Origin: Eledone cirrhosa
Lineage: Eukaryota
Reading direction: 5' to 3'
Length of the DNA stretch: 64,000 nt
Assembly: GCA_964016885.1 (NCBI GenBank)
Contig: OZ024752.1
Span: 47,120,001 to 47,184,000 of the forward strand
Positions 38,120 through 53,707 of this stretch are shown here, piece after piece; positions within the stretch are counted from its first letter, which is position 1; every line of letters begins with the position of its first letter. A program made the translations under genes and the position numbers. Under the pieces are notes generated by a model. It searched no databases. It was not told the origin of the DNA and worked only from the letters and a program-made list of their open reading frames with translations.

Positions 38120-41100
38120 TATTTGAGAGAGTGTGTGAACATGTAAGAAGGTAAGAGAGATGCAGCCCCTAGTCTATCTGAGAGGTCAGTAGCTCTGATC
38201 AAGTACTGACCTGGTCTGTGATGACCCCATCAAGCTCTTACTATCAGAGAGAGAAAGAGAGACAGTACTCTTAAACCAGAATAAAAAAAAAAGAGTAGAA
38301 AAGAGAAACTTACCTCACCAGTCTGAATATTAACAGGCTTTAAATCACCGGAATATGTACCCAGAAGAAGAAAATTACTGGAAGACTGGAAGAAAATAAA
38401 AAGTTGAATATATTTCAATTATGTTCCTAAATTATTCACTGAAGTTGAATAAACTTAAGATATTTAGTTTTTTAAAAAAGAAAAGTCATTAAAGTAGGTC
38501 CACCACTGATTTTCTGGTAACTGACAGTCTACCACCCTTTTTTAACCCCTTCGATACTAAACTGGCTCTGATTCTACAATACAAAACTTGTTTGTTTAAA
38601 AGTATTTATATTTATCTAAAATACCTATCATAATTCTATATGGAAACTCTTGTTAAGTTAATCTATTTAAATTCTTAAATATTTTCAAAATGACAGAGCT
38701 AAAGAAAAGTAACTACATCAGGCACACTGCAAATATTTTGGCCACTGATGGTCAAGCACATCTTTTGATCAGGACAGAAATATGGGCAGAGGCTTCTTTT
38801 GTTATTGCTTCAGTAATAAAGTCAGGTGTTTGAGACTCATTTATTTTGAAATATGGCATAAAAAAAGTACATTATTCTATGTACTATATATGCACTTTGA
38901 TGAGTTGTAGTGCACCTGAGCACAGTACAAAATAAAGAAAGCATTATTATTATTATTATTATTAAAAGGTATTAAAACCAAAGAACTTACAATAAATGTA
39001 CAAGAAGAATAACCATCTTCGTCTGGATCACGGAATGTGCGAATAGGTTTGAATCTGAAGATAACCAAAAAAAAATGTAAAATTCACTGTTGAGTTTAAA
39101 GAAAGCGGGAACAATTCTCAGTTACGTTAATTGGAAGGAAATGTAAGCTTGGATTGTTAACACAGTAAATGGAATATAGAAAATACAGGGTATTATACAG
39201 GTAAATTAAACACTAAATGATTCAGATTTTGATTTAAAATACAGGTAAAATTCCGTTATAATGAATAACAAATTTTTCAGAATAAAATTGTTTTCAATCC
39301 CCAAGGTGATAACAAACAAACACTCAATTTGTTTCAGTTGATCTCGTTATAAAGAATTTTTTGTTACAATTTTTTTAATAGCCCATGGATTTTGTTATAA
39401 CGGAATTTCACTGTATATATCAATTCCCATCTCACCCTTGCAAGCAGGGAAAAGCGGATATATGATGATGATGATGATATATATATATATATATATAATA
39501 TATATATGCCTGTGCAATATTTTGTTTTGGGGAATTCAATACCAATAATTAATGATATACATTGTACAAGAATATATATATACATGAATAAATACATTAC
39601 TTCAAGTAGTATTAAAGGTGTATCTAAGTTTCAAGTGAAAATTGTACCATACCTGCTGTAAACATATTTTTTGTGACATTTAAATCCATCAATACCACCA
39701 AATTTAGGAGAAATCTGTAAAAATAAACCAAAAAACAAACATTACGGTGTATATTCTTGACATAATTCTCGGAGATTCAGCACGAAACAGTGTATAACAA
39801 GCCTGGCCTTTAAATTACAGGTGCACACCATCTTGTATGACAGAGTACCTCGTTCTTTTATATGGTGATCTTTAAGGAAATTAGGTGTAAAAGAGTAGCT
39901 TGTGAGAGCAGTCCAAGCCATGTCAGTAAAGTGAGAGTAGGGAGTGAGTTCATCAGGTAGGAGTTCATCAGGGTTTGGTTCTTAGCCCACTGTTATTCAC
40001 CATAATTCTCCAGGCCATAACAGAAGAGTTTAAGACTGGAAATTCTCTGTGCAGATGGTCCTTATAGCTGAATCCATAAAAGAACTAGAGAATAAGTTCC
40101 GACTATGGAAACAATTTGGAATCAAAAAGTCTGAATAGCCAAAACTAAAGTGCTAGTAAGTAGGAAAGAAAATAGGACCCTGATTCCTTTAGAGAAGTGG
40201 CCCTGCTCAATGTGTAGAAAAGGAGTAGGGATAAACTGTATAAGATGTACACTATGTAAATCTTGGGTACACAAGAGATGTAGTGGGATAATAGACTAAC
40301 AGGAAGGGAAGACTTTGTATGTAAAAGTTGCAAGTAAGTTTGAATATTCAATACATACCATAGCTCTATTAACTCTCGCTGTTATACAAGTAGGAGCAAA
40401 TCTACTTCCTCGAGGATCTGGACACTTATGTGGACTGAAAATGAAAAAACAATCATTTCGGTTGTTTTAAATAATTCAAATAAGACGATAGAAAACAAAA
40501 TGCACGGTGTGATTATTTTGTTGCAATTAATCATTATAAAGATATGGTATTTTGCAGATACAGCAATTGAGAGGTATTTAATAATATATCTAACTTTATT
40601 ATGTGCCCCCAGGGAATCCTTTGATTAAAATGAAATATACTTATCCAAGTACCCTGGGCAATATAGTTTCAGAATATATATGGTTATGGGGGGGGTCTAT
40701 CTCCAAAACCATAGAAGGAATTTGTGAACAAACAGACAGGAACTACAACTTTATATATATAGATATCTGGTGTTTCAAGCATAACTGAACCTTTAACATT
40801 TGGTACTATATACAGGGTATATCATAAGGGCTATATTTTTTTTAACAAATGACCATCGTCTACAAATTTATATATAGATAAACATCTCCGTATTATAGAA
40901 ACAGGGATAGTTTCAGTTGGTGTGCTAGGTACTAGGTGTGTTTTATTGTGGCACCAGTACTACAACTTTACAGAGTGTACTAGGTGTGTTTTATTGTGGC
41001 ACCAGTACTACAACTTTACAGAGTGTATTAGGTGTGTTTTATTGTGGCACCAGTACTACAACTTTACAGAGTGTATTAGGTGTGTTTTATTGTGGCACCA

Positions 41101-44100
41101 GTACTACAACTTTACAGAGTGTACTAGGTGTGTTTTATTGTGGCACCAGTACTACAACTTTACTTTACAGAGTGTACTAGGTGTGTTTTATTGTGGCACC
41201 CAGTACTACAACTTTACAGAGTGTACTAGGTGTGTTTTATTGTGGCACCAGTACTACAACTTTACAGAGTGTATTAGGTGTGTTTTATTGTGGCACCAGT
41301 ACTACAACTTTACAGAGTGTACTAGGTGTGTTTTATTGTGGCACCCAGTACTACAACTTTACTTTACAGAGTGTACTAGGTGTGTTTTATTGTGGCACCA
41401 GTACTACAACTTTACTTTACAGAGTGTACTAGGTGTGTTTTATTGTGGCACCAGTACTACAACTTTACAGAGTGTACTAGGTGTGTTTTATTGTGGCACC
41501 CAGTACTACAACTTTACAGAGTGTACTAGGTGTGTTTTATTGTGGCACCAGTACTACAACTTTACAGAGTGTACTAGGTGTGTTTTATTGTGGCACCCAG
41601 TACTACAACTTTACAGAGTGTATTAGGTGTGTTTTATTGTGGCACCAGTACTACAACTTTACAGAGTGTACTAGGTGTGTTTTATTGTGGCACCAGTACT
41701 ACAACTTTACAAAAAAAAAAAAAAAAATGAATATTTGTCATATTTGTCAAAAAAACTTACGTGAAGAGTGACATTGGAGGACATGTGACCATGGGGTTCT
41801 TACAGAGGGCATGTTGTTTCCTGAGATATTCTGTAACAATGCCATCCAATGTTACTTCATTATCAGAATGGTGTTTGTGGATCATATTTTTCATGATAGT
41901 CATGTCTTCTAGTCGTTCTTTTGTAAACTGTGACCTTGCACTGACTGCCTGGTTAGCCTAAATAGGAACAAGGAGGGGAATTATTTGCAACGGCAAGAGA
42001 CAGGAAAAGATGGAGAGTGTTGGTTTCTATGTCCTAGACACCCGACCAACGGATGTGAGGATGGGATGAGGCTGCGGTTAGGGCTTAAATCTGAAAAGAA
42101 ATTATTCCATGGATGGAAAAAAAAAAAATCTAAACGTTATCATTTAATGTCTACTTTTTTCATGCTCGCATGGGTTGTCGCAGACCGTGTTAGTACTTAA
42201 TCAGAGCTATTGACCTCTCAGACAGGCCAGCAGCCAGCATCTCATTAATCAGAGCTATTGACCTCTCAGACAGGCCAGCAGCCAGCATCTCATTAATCAG
42301 AGCTATTGACCTCTCAGACAGGCCAGCAGCCAGCATCTCATTAATCAGAGCTATTGACCTCTCAGACAGGTCAGCAGCCAGCATCTCATTAATCAGAGCT
42401 ATTGACCTCTCAGACAGGCCAGCAGCCAGCATCTCACATATGTTCCAGCACTTAATGGAGTGCATTGTGTGCATTGTACCGAGACACTGGTACTAGGGAG
42501 GTTGCCATGTCCATGACATAACTGAAGGGTTCTCTCAACTCTTTGTTTCGCAAATTTTCTACAACTGGATGGGTGCCCTTCTTAATGTCAAACCCCTTAC
42601 AGAATGTACTGGGTCCCCCAAACACTGGAGAGGCTGGCATATCTGTGATGTCACCTGAAAGTCCTCTCAACCCTTTTGGCATGATTTCTACTGTTGGATG
42701 TGCTAGCCGACCCCAATCACTTTACAGAGTGTACCAGGTGTGTTTTATTGCAGCACCAGTTCTACAACTTTACAGAGTGTACCAGGTGTGTTTTATTGCA
42801 GCACCAGTTCTACAACTTTACAGAGTGTACCAGGTGTGTTTTATTGCAGCACCAGTACTACAACTTTACAGAGTGCACTAACTTCGGCAAAATTTGAACT
42901 CGGAGTACACAATTGAAATATGAAGGAAGACAAAATATAAAAATAAAAGAGTTTTACTTTGATTGTGGGAGCTGAAGCAATAACCGGAGACGCAGCTGAG
43001 TGACGATTGAGGGAGAACTTTACAGGACCTAAAGTGCCATTAGAGTTTAAGATACTGGCACTAGGGGAATGTGATAATAAAGATGGTGTTTGGTTAGAAT
43101 TGTGACTGGTTGGTAATGGACTTAGTTGACGTGACTGTAAATAGAAGGAAATAGAAATAAACATGTCAGGTTTTTATGATATATGCATTTTAAAACCCTT
43201 TTCACACCAACCCAGAAAATGTTTACCTGCAATTAGAGAAACTAACCCAGTAGATGTTTACCTGTAATTACACATACTAACCCAGTAGATGTTTACCTGT
43301 AATTACACATACTAACCCAGTAAATGTTTACCTGTAATTACACATACTAACCCAGTAAATGTTTACCTGTAATTACACAAACTAACCCAGTAGATGTTTA
43401 CCTGTAATTACACATACTAACCCAGTAAATGTTTACCTGTAATTACACAAACTAACCCAGTAGATGTTTACCTGTAATTACACATACTAACCCAGTAAAT
43501 GTTTACCTGTAATTACACAAACTAACCCAGTAGATGTTTACCTGTAATTACACATACTAACCCAGTAAATGTTTACCTGTAATTACACATACTAACCCAG
43601 TAAATGTTTCCCTGTAATTACACATAGTAACCCAGTAGATGTTTACCTGTAATTACACAAACTAACCCAGTAAATGTTTACCTGTAATTAGAGAAACTAA
43701 CCCAGTAGATGTTTACCTGTAATTACACATACTAACCCAGTAGATGTTTACCTGTAATTACACAAACTAACCCAGTAGATGTTTACCTGTAATTACACAA
43801 ACTAACCCAGATGTTCACCAGCTAACCTTGGTGGGATTTGAACTTAGAACGTAAAGGGCTGTAACTCTATGCAGCAAAGCATTGTGTCCAATGTTCTGCC
43901 GATTCTGCCAATCCACCGCCCTAATAAAAATGTTTCTGCTTTTAGCACAAGGCCAGAAATTACCCCAGTGCATTACTGGTACTTTATTTTATAATAATAA
44001 TAATTGTTTCTACTTTTGGCACAAGGCCAGCGATTACCCAGTACATTACTGGTACTTTATTTTATCGACCCCGTAAGGATGAAAGGCAAAGTTAACCTCA

Positions 44101-44198
44101 ACGGGATTTGAACTCAGACCGTAAAGGGACGTAACTATGCTGGAAAGCATGGCGTCTGACTCTCTACCGATACTGCCAATCCACCGCCCTTTTATTTT

Positions 44199-44233
<35 letters not shown>

Positions 44234-47200
44234 TCTTACAGCTTTTGGTGTGGCCATAATAGGGTTAATCAGTGGGTTTGTTGGATGGACTGGTGGAATG
44301 GACATATTACATGGTAAGTTGGCCTCTGCCTGGAGTGCTGTTGCAGCACTGACACAACCTGAAATATAATATACAATATAATCACAGACACTTTCAATGA
44401 CCAGCAGTCAAGAGATGAATCAACTAAATGTCAAACTCATGAACTAACCAGCTGCTCATAATGATGTTAAGGTATTGTTCTCAAAGCATTAACCCTTTAG
44501 CATTCACATTACTTTATTATATACTATTGCATTTTTGTGGTAAGGCTTTATTTTACATAATTATCTCACATAATATCGAATCTATGAGATTTGATGATAT
44601 TTATTTTGAGAACAATACCTTAACATAAGTATGAGTGGCCAGTTTTGGCCAGTTTGAACAGAAAGAGGTGAGAGAATTCTGGCCGGATATGGCCGGTTTA
44701 AATAATTGTTTCTACTTTTGGCACAAGGCCAGCAATTAACCAGTACATTACTGGTACTTTATTTTATCGATCCGGTAAGGATGAAAGGCAAAGCTAACCT
44801 CAGCGAGATTTGAACTCAGACCGCAAAAGGGACGTAACTCTATGCTAGAAAGCATGGCATCCAAGCCTCTACCGATACTGCCAATTCACCGTCCCGCTCT
44901 CAAAATAAATAATATCAAAATCTCATAGATTTCGATATTATATGAGATAAAGCTAGGCATCTCTAACAAAATACACCCCCGTCCCACCACCCCCACCGCC
45001 CCTTTCAATGTAAAGTTATGTTGGTGCCACAACATCCAGGCCGAAACAAATGAGGCCGTGTAGGTGTCACGACAAAAAACACACAGTCCACGCTGTAATG
45101 TGGTCATGTAGGCAACACGGTAAAAGGCTCCCAGTCCACACTGTAAATGTGGTTGATGTTAGGAAGGGCATCCAGACGTAGAAAACCCGCCAGACAGTTC
45201 TATGCGAGAAATGACAACCACTCTTGCCCCAAGTGGGAAAACTCCCGTCCAAACCCATGCAAGCGTGGAACAGGGATGTTAAACGATGATGATGATGGAA
45301 GCCATTACCACCAAAATACAACAGTAAATATAGAGTAATGTAAATGCTAAAGGATTAAATAACCCCTAGTGCATTACTGGTACTTTATTTTATCGACTCC
45401 ATAAGGATGAAAGACAAAACTAACCATGGCAGGATTTAAACTCAGAATGTAAAGGGCTCTAACTACATACCGCACAGCATGTTGTCCAATACTCTACCGA
45501 TTCTGCCAACCTACCGTCCAATGCTCTACCGATTCTGCCAACCTACAGTCCTATTCACCACCTAACAATAACAAAAGAATGTCACAGGGAGTACATATAC
45601 TAACCTTCCGACATCAGGTATTCATGAATTAAATGAAATAATTCTCTTTTCTGGAAAGTAATTTTCGTCTGAGCAACAATATCAGCCTAAAAAAGAAAAC
45701 GAAAATAAATTTTTTTTAACACTAACCTATACAATACTATCTCTGGTTCTATTACACAAATCCACCAATTTTAAAGGGTTCCTATTTATATTAAAATCTT
45801 CCAACATCTTCCTTGCAAGTAGAGAAAAGCGGACGTAAAATGATGATGATGATGATTTTAATATATGAACCTTTTATTAAATTGTGTTATACTGTCTTAA
45901 TCATGAAATAATAATAGTGATCCTTCAAATCATTTCATTAATTAATTGTATTTCATTGTTCATCCAGTCCAAACTAATGAGGCCGTGTAGGTGTCATGAC
46001 AAAAAAACAGTCTACACTGTAATGTGGCCGTGTAGGTAACACGGTAAGAAGGCTCCCAGTCCACACTGTAAATGTGGTTGGTGTTAGGAAGGGCATCCAG
46101 CCGTAGAAAACCTGCCAGATAGTCCTATACGAGCGAGACACGGTCACCCGACCAATCTTGCCTTAAGTGGGACAATTCCCGTCTAACCCATGCTAACGTG
46201 GAAGATAGACGTTAAATGATGATGATGATGATAAATAAATTGCTAGATGGTCATTTTGGTGCCACGATAAAATGTACTTAGTCTACACCCTAGCATGGTT
46301 GGTGCTAGGAAGGGCAACCAGACGTAGAAACCAAGCCAAAATACAGATCTGTATGAGCAAGATGTAGTCACCTGGCCTGAATTGTTTCCTAATGCCACAA
46401 CTTGTCTAACCCATTCAAGCATGGAAAATGGACGTTGAAAGATGTTGATGATTATGATGATGATAATGGGCCCATGGAAAAGTTTTTTTTTTTTTTTTCC
46501 ATATTATGGAGGCACATGGCTTAGTGGTTAGAGCATTGGCCTTGCAATCGAAAGGTTGTGAGTTCAATTCTCAGACCGGGTGATGTGTTGTTTCCTTGAG
46601 CAAGACACTTTATTTCACATTGCTCCAGTTTACTCAGCTGTAGAAATGAGATGATAGGGACTGGGGTCCCTATCATTCCACTGCAAAGTGGTCGTGGAGG
46701 TGCCACGGCAAAAAGAAAGCACCCAGCACTCACTGTAAATGAGGTTGGTGTTAGGAAGGGCATCCAGCTGTAGAAATCAAGCCAGAATCAGTTCCCGTCC
46801 CACCCTTGCAAGCAGGGAAAAGTGGACGTAAAATGAAATGATGATGATGAATGATGATGATGATGATGTTATTCCTTGACTTGATATAAAACCAAACACA
46901 CACACATATACAGACACATTTACTTTTGAAAGATGAAACCAAAAACCACATTTTTTAATTACCTTCCTAATGTCTTGAAGAGAAGCTTCAATATTTGCAT
47001 TATGGTGTTTTCCTGACACACGTTCTATCAATTCATTGGAATACTTGCAGAATTTTACATGTGCTTGTCGCTTATCTTGAAGGACAGGTTCTTTCATAAG
47101 TTCTGTATATAAAGAAAATCAATGTCCAATTGAAAAATAATTATAAGTCTTTGTATTTCTATTATCTAATTATAACATATTTGTGATAATCTCTGGACTC

Positions 47201-50200
47201 GTTAACACTCTTGTTACAACATTTCTAATAAAAAACACTACCTGTGATTTTCAATTAATTTTGAAAATAATCAAGAATTTGGAGTGATTTATTAAAAAAA
47301 ACTTTTTCATTATTAATCAAAATTTAAAAAATAAACAGCTTTGTATCAAAGAACCTGGAGTGGTTTCAGGTAGTTTGCTGTCAAAAGGGTTCAGAGTTTT
47401 ATGATAGCTACAAACAGTGACTTAATGATTTTGAATAAAATTAGCATAGAAGGATTTTAGATAAACATAAACCCTTTAAAACAAACAGTTTTAGGCAGTT
47501 TCAGGCAGATTTATATGAAAAGGGTTTAACCTATGAATTGTCACAAATATTTGCTGATTCTGAAGTGATTGAAATATTGGTTAGAAATAATGATATACTC
47601 ACGTTGTAATAAACCATTATTGAATAAAGGAAGTTTCCCAATGATTTGCCGAACCGTTTCTGACCGAGACAGACCAACAAGAGCCTAAGAAACCAAAGAC
47701 AATCTTAGTTAAGAAATATTCGCATTTAATATTTTTATAAAAAACACCATATTATATTTAACCCTTTAGCATTTACATTACTCTATATATACTTTTGTAT
47801 TTTCACTGTAAAAGCTTCACCTTGATATTATTCATTTTGAGAACAATACCGTAACATCAGTATGAGTGGCCAGTTATGGTCAGTTTGAACAGAAAGAAGT
47901 GAGAGAATTCTGGCTGGATATGGCCAGTTTAAATGCTAAAGGGTTAATTACTAATTTGTTTTCTTTCTACCATTTTGGACTTTAGGATCTAAAAATTATT
48001 TATCAATATTTTTCAGGAAGAAAATACAACATAAAACTTGAGTTTTCAAAAAAAAATAATCACAACTCGATAACAAGGAACATGTAATGTGTTCTTCACC
48101 GTTAGGGAGAAGACCTTTGTAGGCAACTGATCTAACAGCTTCCTGAACTTCTTCCACTCAATTCTTACTTTACTCAAGACACTGTTTGTCAACTGAGATG
48201 TTATATGTTCAGAAAAATTGTTCGTGAACTGAAGTTCGACTGTATTTCAAAGGCATGAGAGAAAATAGAATACAAAACTTTGTAGAGAGGATTAATATGT
48301 AGAAAACCTTGTGTCTTACTTTACACGCTAAAGCACGAATATTATCAGCTTCACTAATGGGAGTTTTCTGAGATAACAGCTTCAGAAGAACCTACAAAAC
48401 AATACAGACAATAATAAACACAATTCAAATAACAACAATAACTGTCTAACAATAGGTAATTTTTAAATACACCCACAGACCTGCCAACCCTCTAAAAACC
48501 TAAACGGGGAACACCATGAAAAACAGTACCCCAAAACCGGGAGAAATGATGCAAAATGGAGAGATTTTACATAATGAAAGCTATCTCCATTTTCACAAGA
48601 GAATGAAGGCACCTCTGCCCCAAAGGCTATTGCAAATCTCCCCGTTGGACAGGGAGAGTTGACAAGTGTGTAGCCTGTGCAGTGGGTGATGGCAGGGCAT
48701 CCAGCCACAGAATATATGCCATAAGGGTTGAGAGGTTTCTTCAGGCATGACACAATAATGCTCTTCTTAATGCCAACCACTTTGTAGAATGTTCTGGATG
48801 TATTTTATCATGGCACTGCCAATTTAGAGTCTATTGTGACACTAACACTTTACAGAATGTACTGGGTGCATATGACTGTGGCACAAATAGTACCATTTTA
48901 TAGTGGCACCAGCATTGCTATTTTACAGTGTGTACTTGATACATTTTATCATGACACCAACACTAGAAAGGTTGTCATGTACAAAACTGAAGAGACCTCT
49001 CATAAAATTAAAAAATTATCCCCAGTATCTAAATAAGAATAATAAAAAGATAAAACTCACCATAATGCCATTGTTTCCTCGAATTCCATCCCACATTTTA
49101 CCCAAGACATCTTCTCCAACCTTCCAATTAATCCTCTTTTTAGAACCAGATCCTTTAAATCGGCCAACACCACCACCAAGCTGTAAAAAAAAAAAAGGGT
49201 GCATTGCTGTCAAATATATATACATATTTAGAAGAACATTTTACTAAACAAAGTTTCTTTATCTTATATCACAAAGAAGAATTCATTGAGAGTTACTGTG
49301 TTTATCCAGTTGAAAATAGGTACACCATATCCTTGCATGCTGTACGAGGCAACTAAAAAGGCACAAGAAAGGATAAAACACTGCTCCAAAGTTGTCATGT
49401 AGGAATCACGACAAAAAGCAGCCAGCCCACACTGTAAATGTGGTTGTGTAGGTGTTATGATAAAAAACACCCAGCACACACTGTAAATGTGGTTGTGTAG
49501 GTGTCATGACAAAAAGCACCCAGCACACACTGTAAATGTGGTTGTGTAGGTGTCATGACAAAAAGCACCCAGCACACACTGTAAATGTGGTTGTGTAGGT
49601 GTCATGACAAAAAGCACCCAGCACACACTGTAAATGTGGTTGTGTAGGTGTCATGACAAAAAGCACCAAGCACACACTGTAAATGTGGTTGGCATTAAGG
49701 AAGATCATCCAGCCATAGAAATATAGCCAGAAAAAGTTCTGTATGAGCAAGACACAGTCACCTGACTTGACTTACCTCAAACAGGACAACCTGTCTAACT
49801 CATGCTAGTGTGAAAAATGGACGTTAAATGATGATGATGACAACATGCTAACTTGTCAAACTGTTACTCTATACACAACTTTACATATATCAGTAGGTAT
49901 CATATACTTTTACATTTAATTCTACAAGACTTTATAGAAAGAGAACAAGGTTTTGACAATTCTTAATAGCAGATGTCAACAGTTTGTCATATGTAATTAA
50001 AATATTACACCTACCCTTTCCATTGGTCCCCAGACACAATTTATGATGACATTCAAAGCAGATTTTTGTACCTCAGGGTCTTGAACGGTTTTACCTTCAG
50101 CTAAACCAATCATTATGCTGAAAAAAAAAAACCGAATATATATTTACATATATATATATATATATAGATAGATACATGACTAACTTCAGCTTTAGCAAGG

Positions 50201-53200
50201 AAAAATATTCATAAAATGTATGTACAGTATCTGCCTACCAAATTCCACTCACATGGCATTAATCAGTTCAAGGCTATAGTAGAAGACACTTGCAAAAGGT
50301 GCTGCATTGTAGGAGACTCCGAAACAGCATGGCTTGTAAAGCAAACCTCTTAAGCACAAGGAAAAGGAAATATTTGGGGATTTAGAATAAAAAGTATTGA
50401 GATATTTGAAATAGTAATTTTTCAATGTTACTAACTTGATAGCAGAGGCTGTAAACTCCAAGCCTACTGGGAGGGGTTCAAGCATAGCCAGTTGGCATTG
50501 AGGCATAATGGTACAGACTGCTAAGACATCCATTGCACTACATAAAGTTTCTGACCTACAAAAAAACAACATTGCTTTAGCATGAAAAACAATACAACAT
50601 ACAAAAGCACTTTCAAATTTCAAGATTTAATAAAAATTATTTTACAGTAATAGATTATTTCTTAATCCTTTTGATATTAAACCACCTGAAACCACCTCTC
50701 GGTTTGTTTTATAATGTTTATATTTAACTAAAAACTAGCCATCATAAGTTCATTTAAGAAACTTTATTAAGTTATGTTTCAAAGTCCTTATAAATTCTTG
50801 AGTAATTTTAAAATAATTTGAAACTCATAAGAAATATGCTAACAAAAAGATAAACTGGTACTTAACAGGATCTAGTCTAGAATAGGTACACATCCCTGTG
50901 TCCCACAAGAAGTGACTAAAAAGGTATCCAGCTGTAAAATATTGCCTCAAAAAGTTCCATCCAACCCATGCTAGTATGGAAAAGTTGAAAACTCTACAGA
51001 GTTTTCTACAGCTTCATGCCCTGACAACCACCAACCACCTTACACTTTTCTACAGCTTGATGTCCTTACAACCACCAACCATCTTACACTTTTCTACAGC
51101 TTGATGTCCTTACAACCACCAACCATCTTATACTTTTCTACAGCTTGATGTCCTTACAACCACCAACCACCCTTATAATCACCAACCACCTTACACTTTT
51201 CTACAGCTTGATGTCCTTACAACCACCAACCACCCTTACACTTTTCTACAGCTTGATGTCCTTACAACCACCAACCATCTTATACTTTTTTACAGCTTGA
51301 TGTCCTTACAACCACCAACCACCCTTATATTCACCAACCACCTTACACTTTTCTACAGCTTGATGTCCTTACAACCACCAACCACCCTTACACTTTTCTA
51401 CAGCTTGATGTCCTTACAACCACCAACCACCCTTACACTTTTCTACAGCTTGATGTCCTTACAACCACCAACCACCTTACACTTTTCTACAGCTTGATGT
51501 CCTTACAACCACCAACCACCCTTACACTTTTCTACAGCTTGATGTCCTTACAACCACCAACCATCTTACACTTTTCTACAGCTTGATGTCCTTACAACCA
51601 CCAACCACCTTACACTTTTCTACAGCTTGATGTCCTTACAACCACCAACCACCCTTACACTTTTCTACAGCTTGATGTCCTTACAACCACCAACCATCTT
51701 ACACTTTTCTACAGCTTGATGTCCTTACAACCACCAACCACCCTTTCACTTTTCTACAGCTTGATGTCCTTACAACCACCAACCACTTCACAGGCATGAC
51801 TGTCACACAGTCACATTTCTGTCTTATCAAATAGGCTTAGTAAAAAGACAAAAGAGAAAAGAAGTGGCAGAGGAGGAATAAAACTTACTTGCTGGGATAA
51901 TTGTTCCAGTTTTGTGCAATAGCTAACAGCTGAATCACTAAGCTTATGCCACCAAGCTGCTTGAATTGAGCAACAGGACGCCAGACCATACGGACAGGCA
52001 TTAGATCAAGTAACATTTCAATGTTTTCTTGCACCACTTCAAATGTCAACTTTAATGCCTGAAACAGAAATTTAAAACTAAAGAAATTAAGACACAATTC
52101 TAAAATAATTGTAATTAATACAATGGCAAAAAACACATAAAAATAGAAACAAATAATTACTACGATGAAGATGAACACTTTTGTGACAATATTTCTAAAC
52201 ATTTCATATTTGCTTTCTACCCCATCTTGCTCATATGTGGCATGGTCTCTATGGCTGGATCATCGTCATTTCATTTTAAGTCCGCTTTCTCCCTGCTTGC
52301 AAGGGTGGGACGGGAACTGATGCTGGCTTGATTTCTACAGCTGGATGCCCTTCCTAACACCAACCTCATTTACAGTGAGTGCTGGGTGCTTTTTTGCCGT
52401 GGCACCTCCACGACCACTTTGCAGTGGAATGATAGGGACCCCAGTCCCTATCATCTCATTTCTACAGCTGAGTCAACTGGAGCAATGTGAAATAAAGTGT
52501 CTTGCTCAAGGAAACAACACATCACCCGGTCTGAGAATTGAACTCACAACCTTTCAATTGCAAGGCCAATGCTCTAACCACTAAGCCATGTGCCTCCATG
52601 GATGCCCTTCCTAACACCAAGCACCTTACAGTGTCTACTGGATCATTTTTTTCTTGGCACCACAACTTTATAGTGTACTGGGTGCATTTTTTTCTTGGCA
52701 CCACCACAGCTTTACAGAGTGTACTGGGTGCATTTTTTTCTTGGCACCACCACAGCTTTACAGAGTGTACTGGATGCATTTTTTCTCGGCACCACCACTA
52801 CAACTTTACAGAGTGTACTGGGTACATTTTTTGAGGCACCCACACAACCACTTTACAGAATCCAGCAACCCTAGAGAAGTCGTCACATGCTAGGCCAGAC
52901 TGACATGTCCTCTCAACCCCTACACTGTCTTCATTTGATCATTTGCTCTCCAATCTGTTGCACCCAGTTTCTCACCATGTTCACTTTTAGTGCCACAGTG
53001 ATTCAGGTTTTGTGTATTATGGTATATCACCAATCTGCTCGGTCCCGTATCAAATTGACAAAGCATGTGTTGTTTCCTTGAGCAAGACACTTTATTTCAC
53101 ATTGCTTCAGTTTACTCAGCTGTAGAAATGAGATGATAGGGACTGGGGTCCATATCATTCCACTGCAAAGTGGTTGTGGTGGTGCCACAGCAAAAAAGCA

Positions 53201-53676
53201 CCCAGCCCTCACTGTAAATGCATCCAGCTGTAGAAATCAAGCCAGAATCAGTTCCCGTCCCCACCCTTGCAAGAAGGGAAAAGCGGACGTAAAATGAAAA
53301 TGAATGAAAATGAAATTAGAGCATAATTAGCCTTGGTATTTGTTTCGGTAAACGTAAATATAGACATGGATATGACCACATACACATTATATATAAATAT
53401 ATATGTATATATACATGACAGACTTCTACAGTTTCTGCCTACGTGAGTGTGTGCATGTAATAATTCTGGACATTTGAATGCATCATTATCATCATTTAAC
53501 CCTTTGCATTTGAACCAGCCATATCCGGCCAGAATTCTCTAACCTCTCTCTGTTCAAACTGGCCATAACCGGTTGCTCATACTGATGTTAAGGCATTGTT
53601 CTCAAAATAAATAATATCAAAATCACAAAGATTCAATATTATGTGAGGTAAAGCCTTTACCATGAAAATATAATAG

Positions 53677-53707
<31 letters not shown>

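Noticed and set aside
40550-40765. Possible non-autonomous Helitron (TCTATATATATAAAG terminus on minus strand)
   Set aside because: The other terminus (hairpin plus CTAG) is not recognisable.
40922-41771. 234-aa repetitive ORF and overlapping ORFs
   Set aside because: Product of a 48-bp tandem repeat antisense to a DCAF1 intron.
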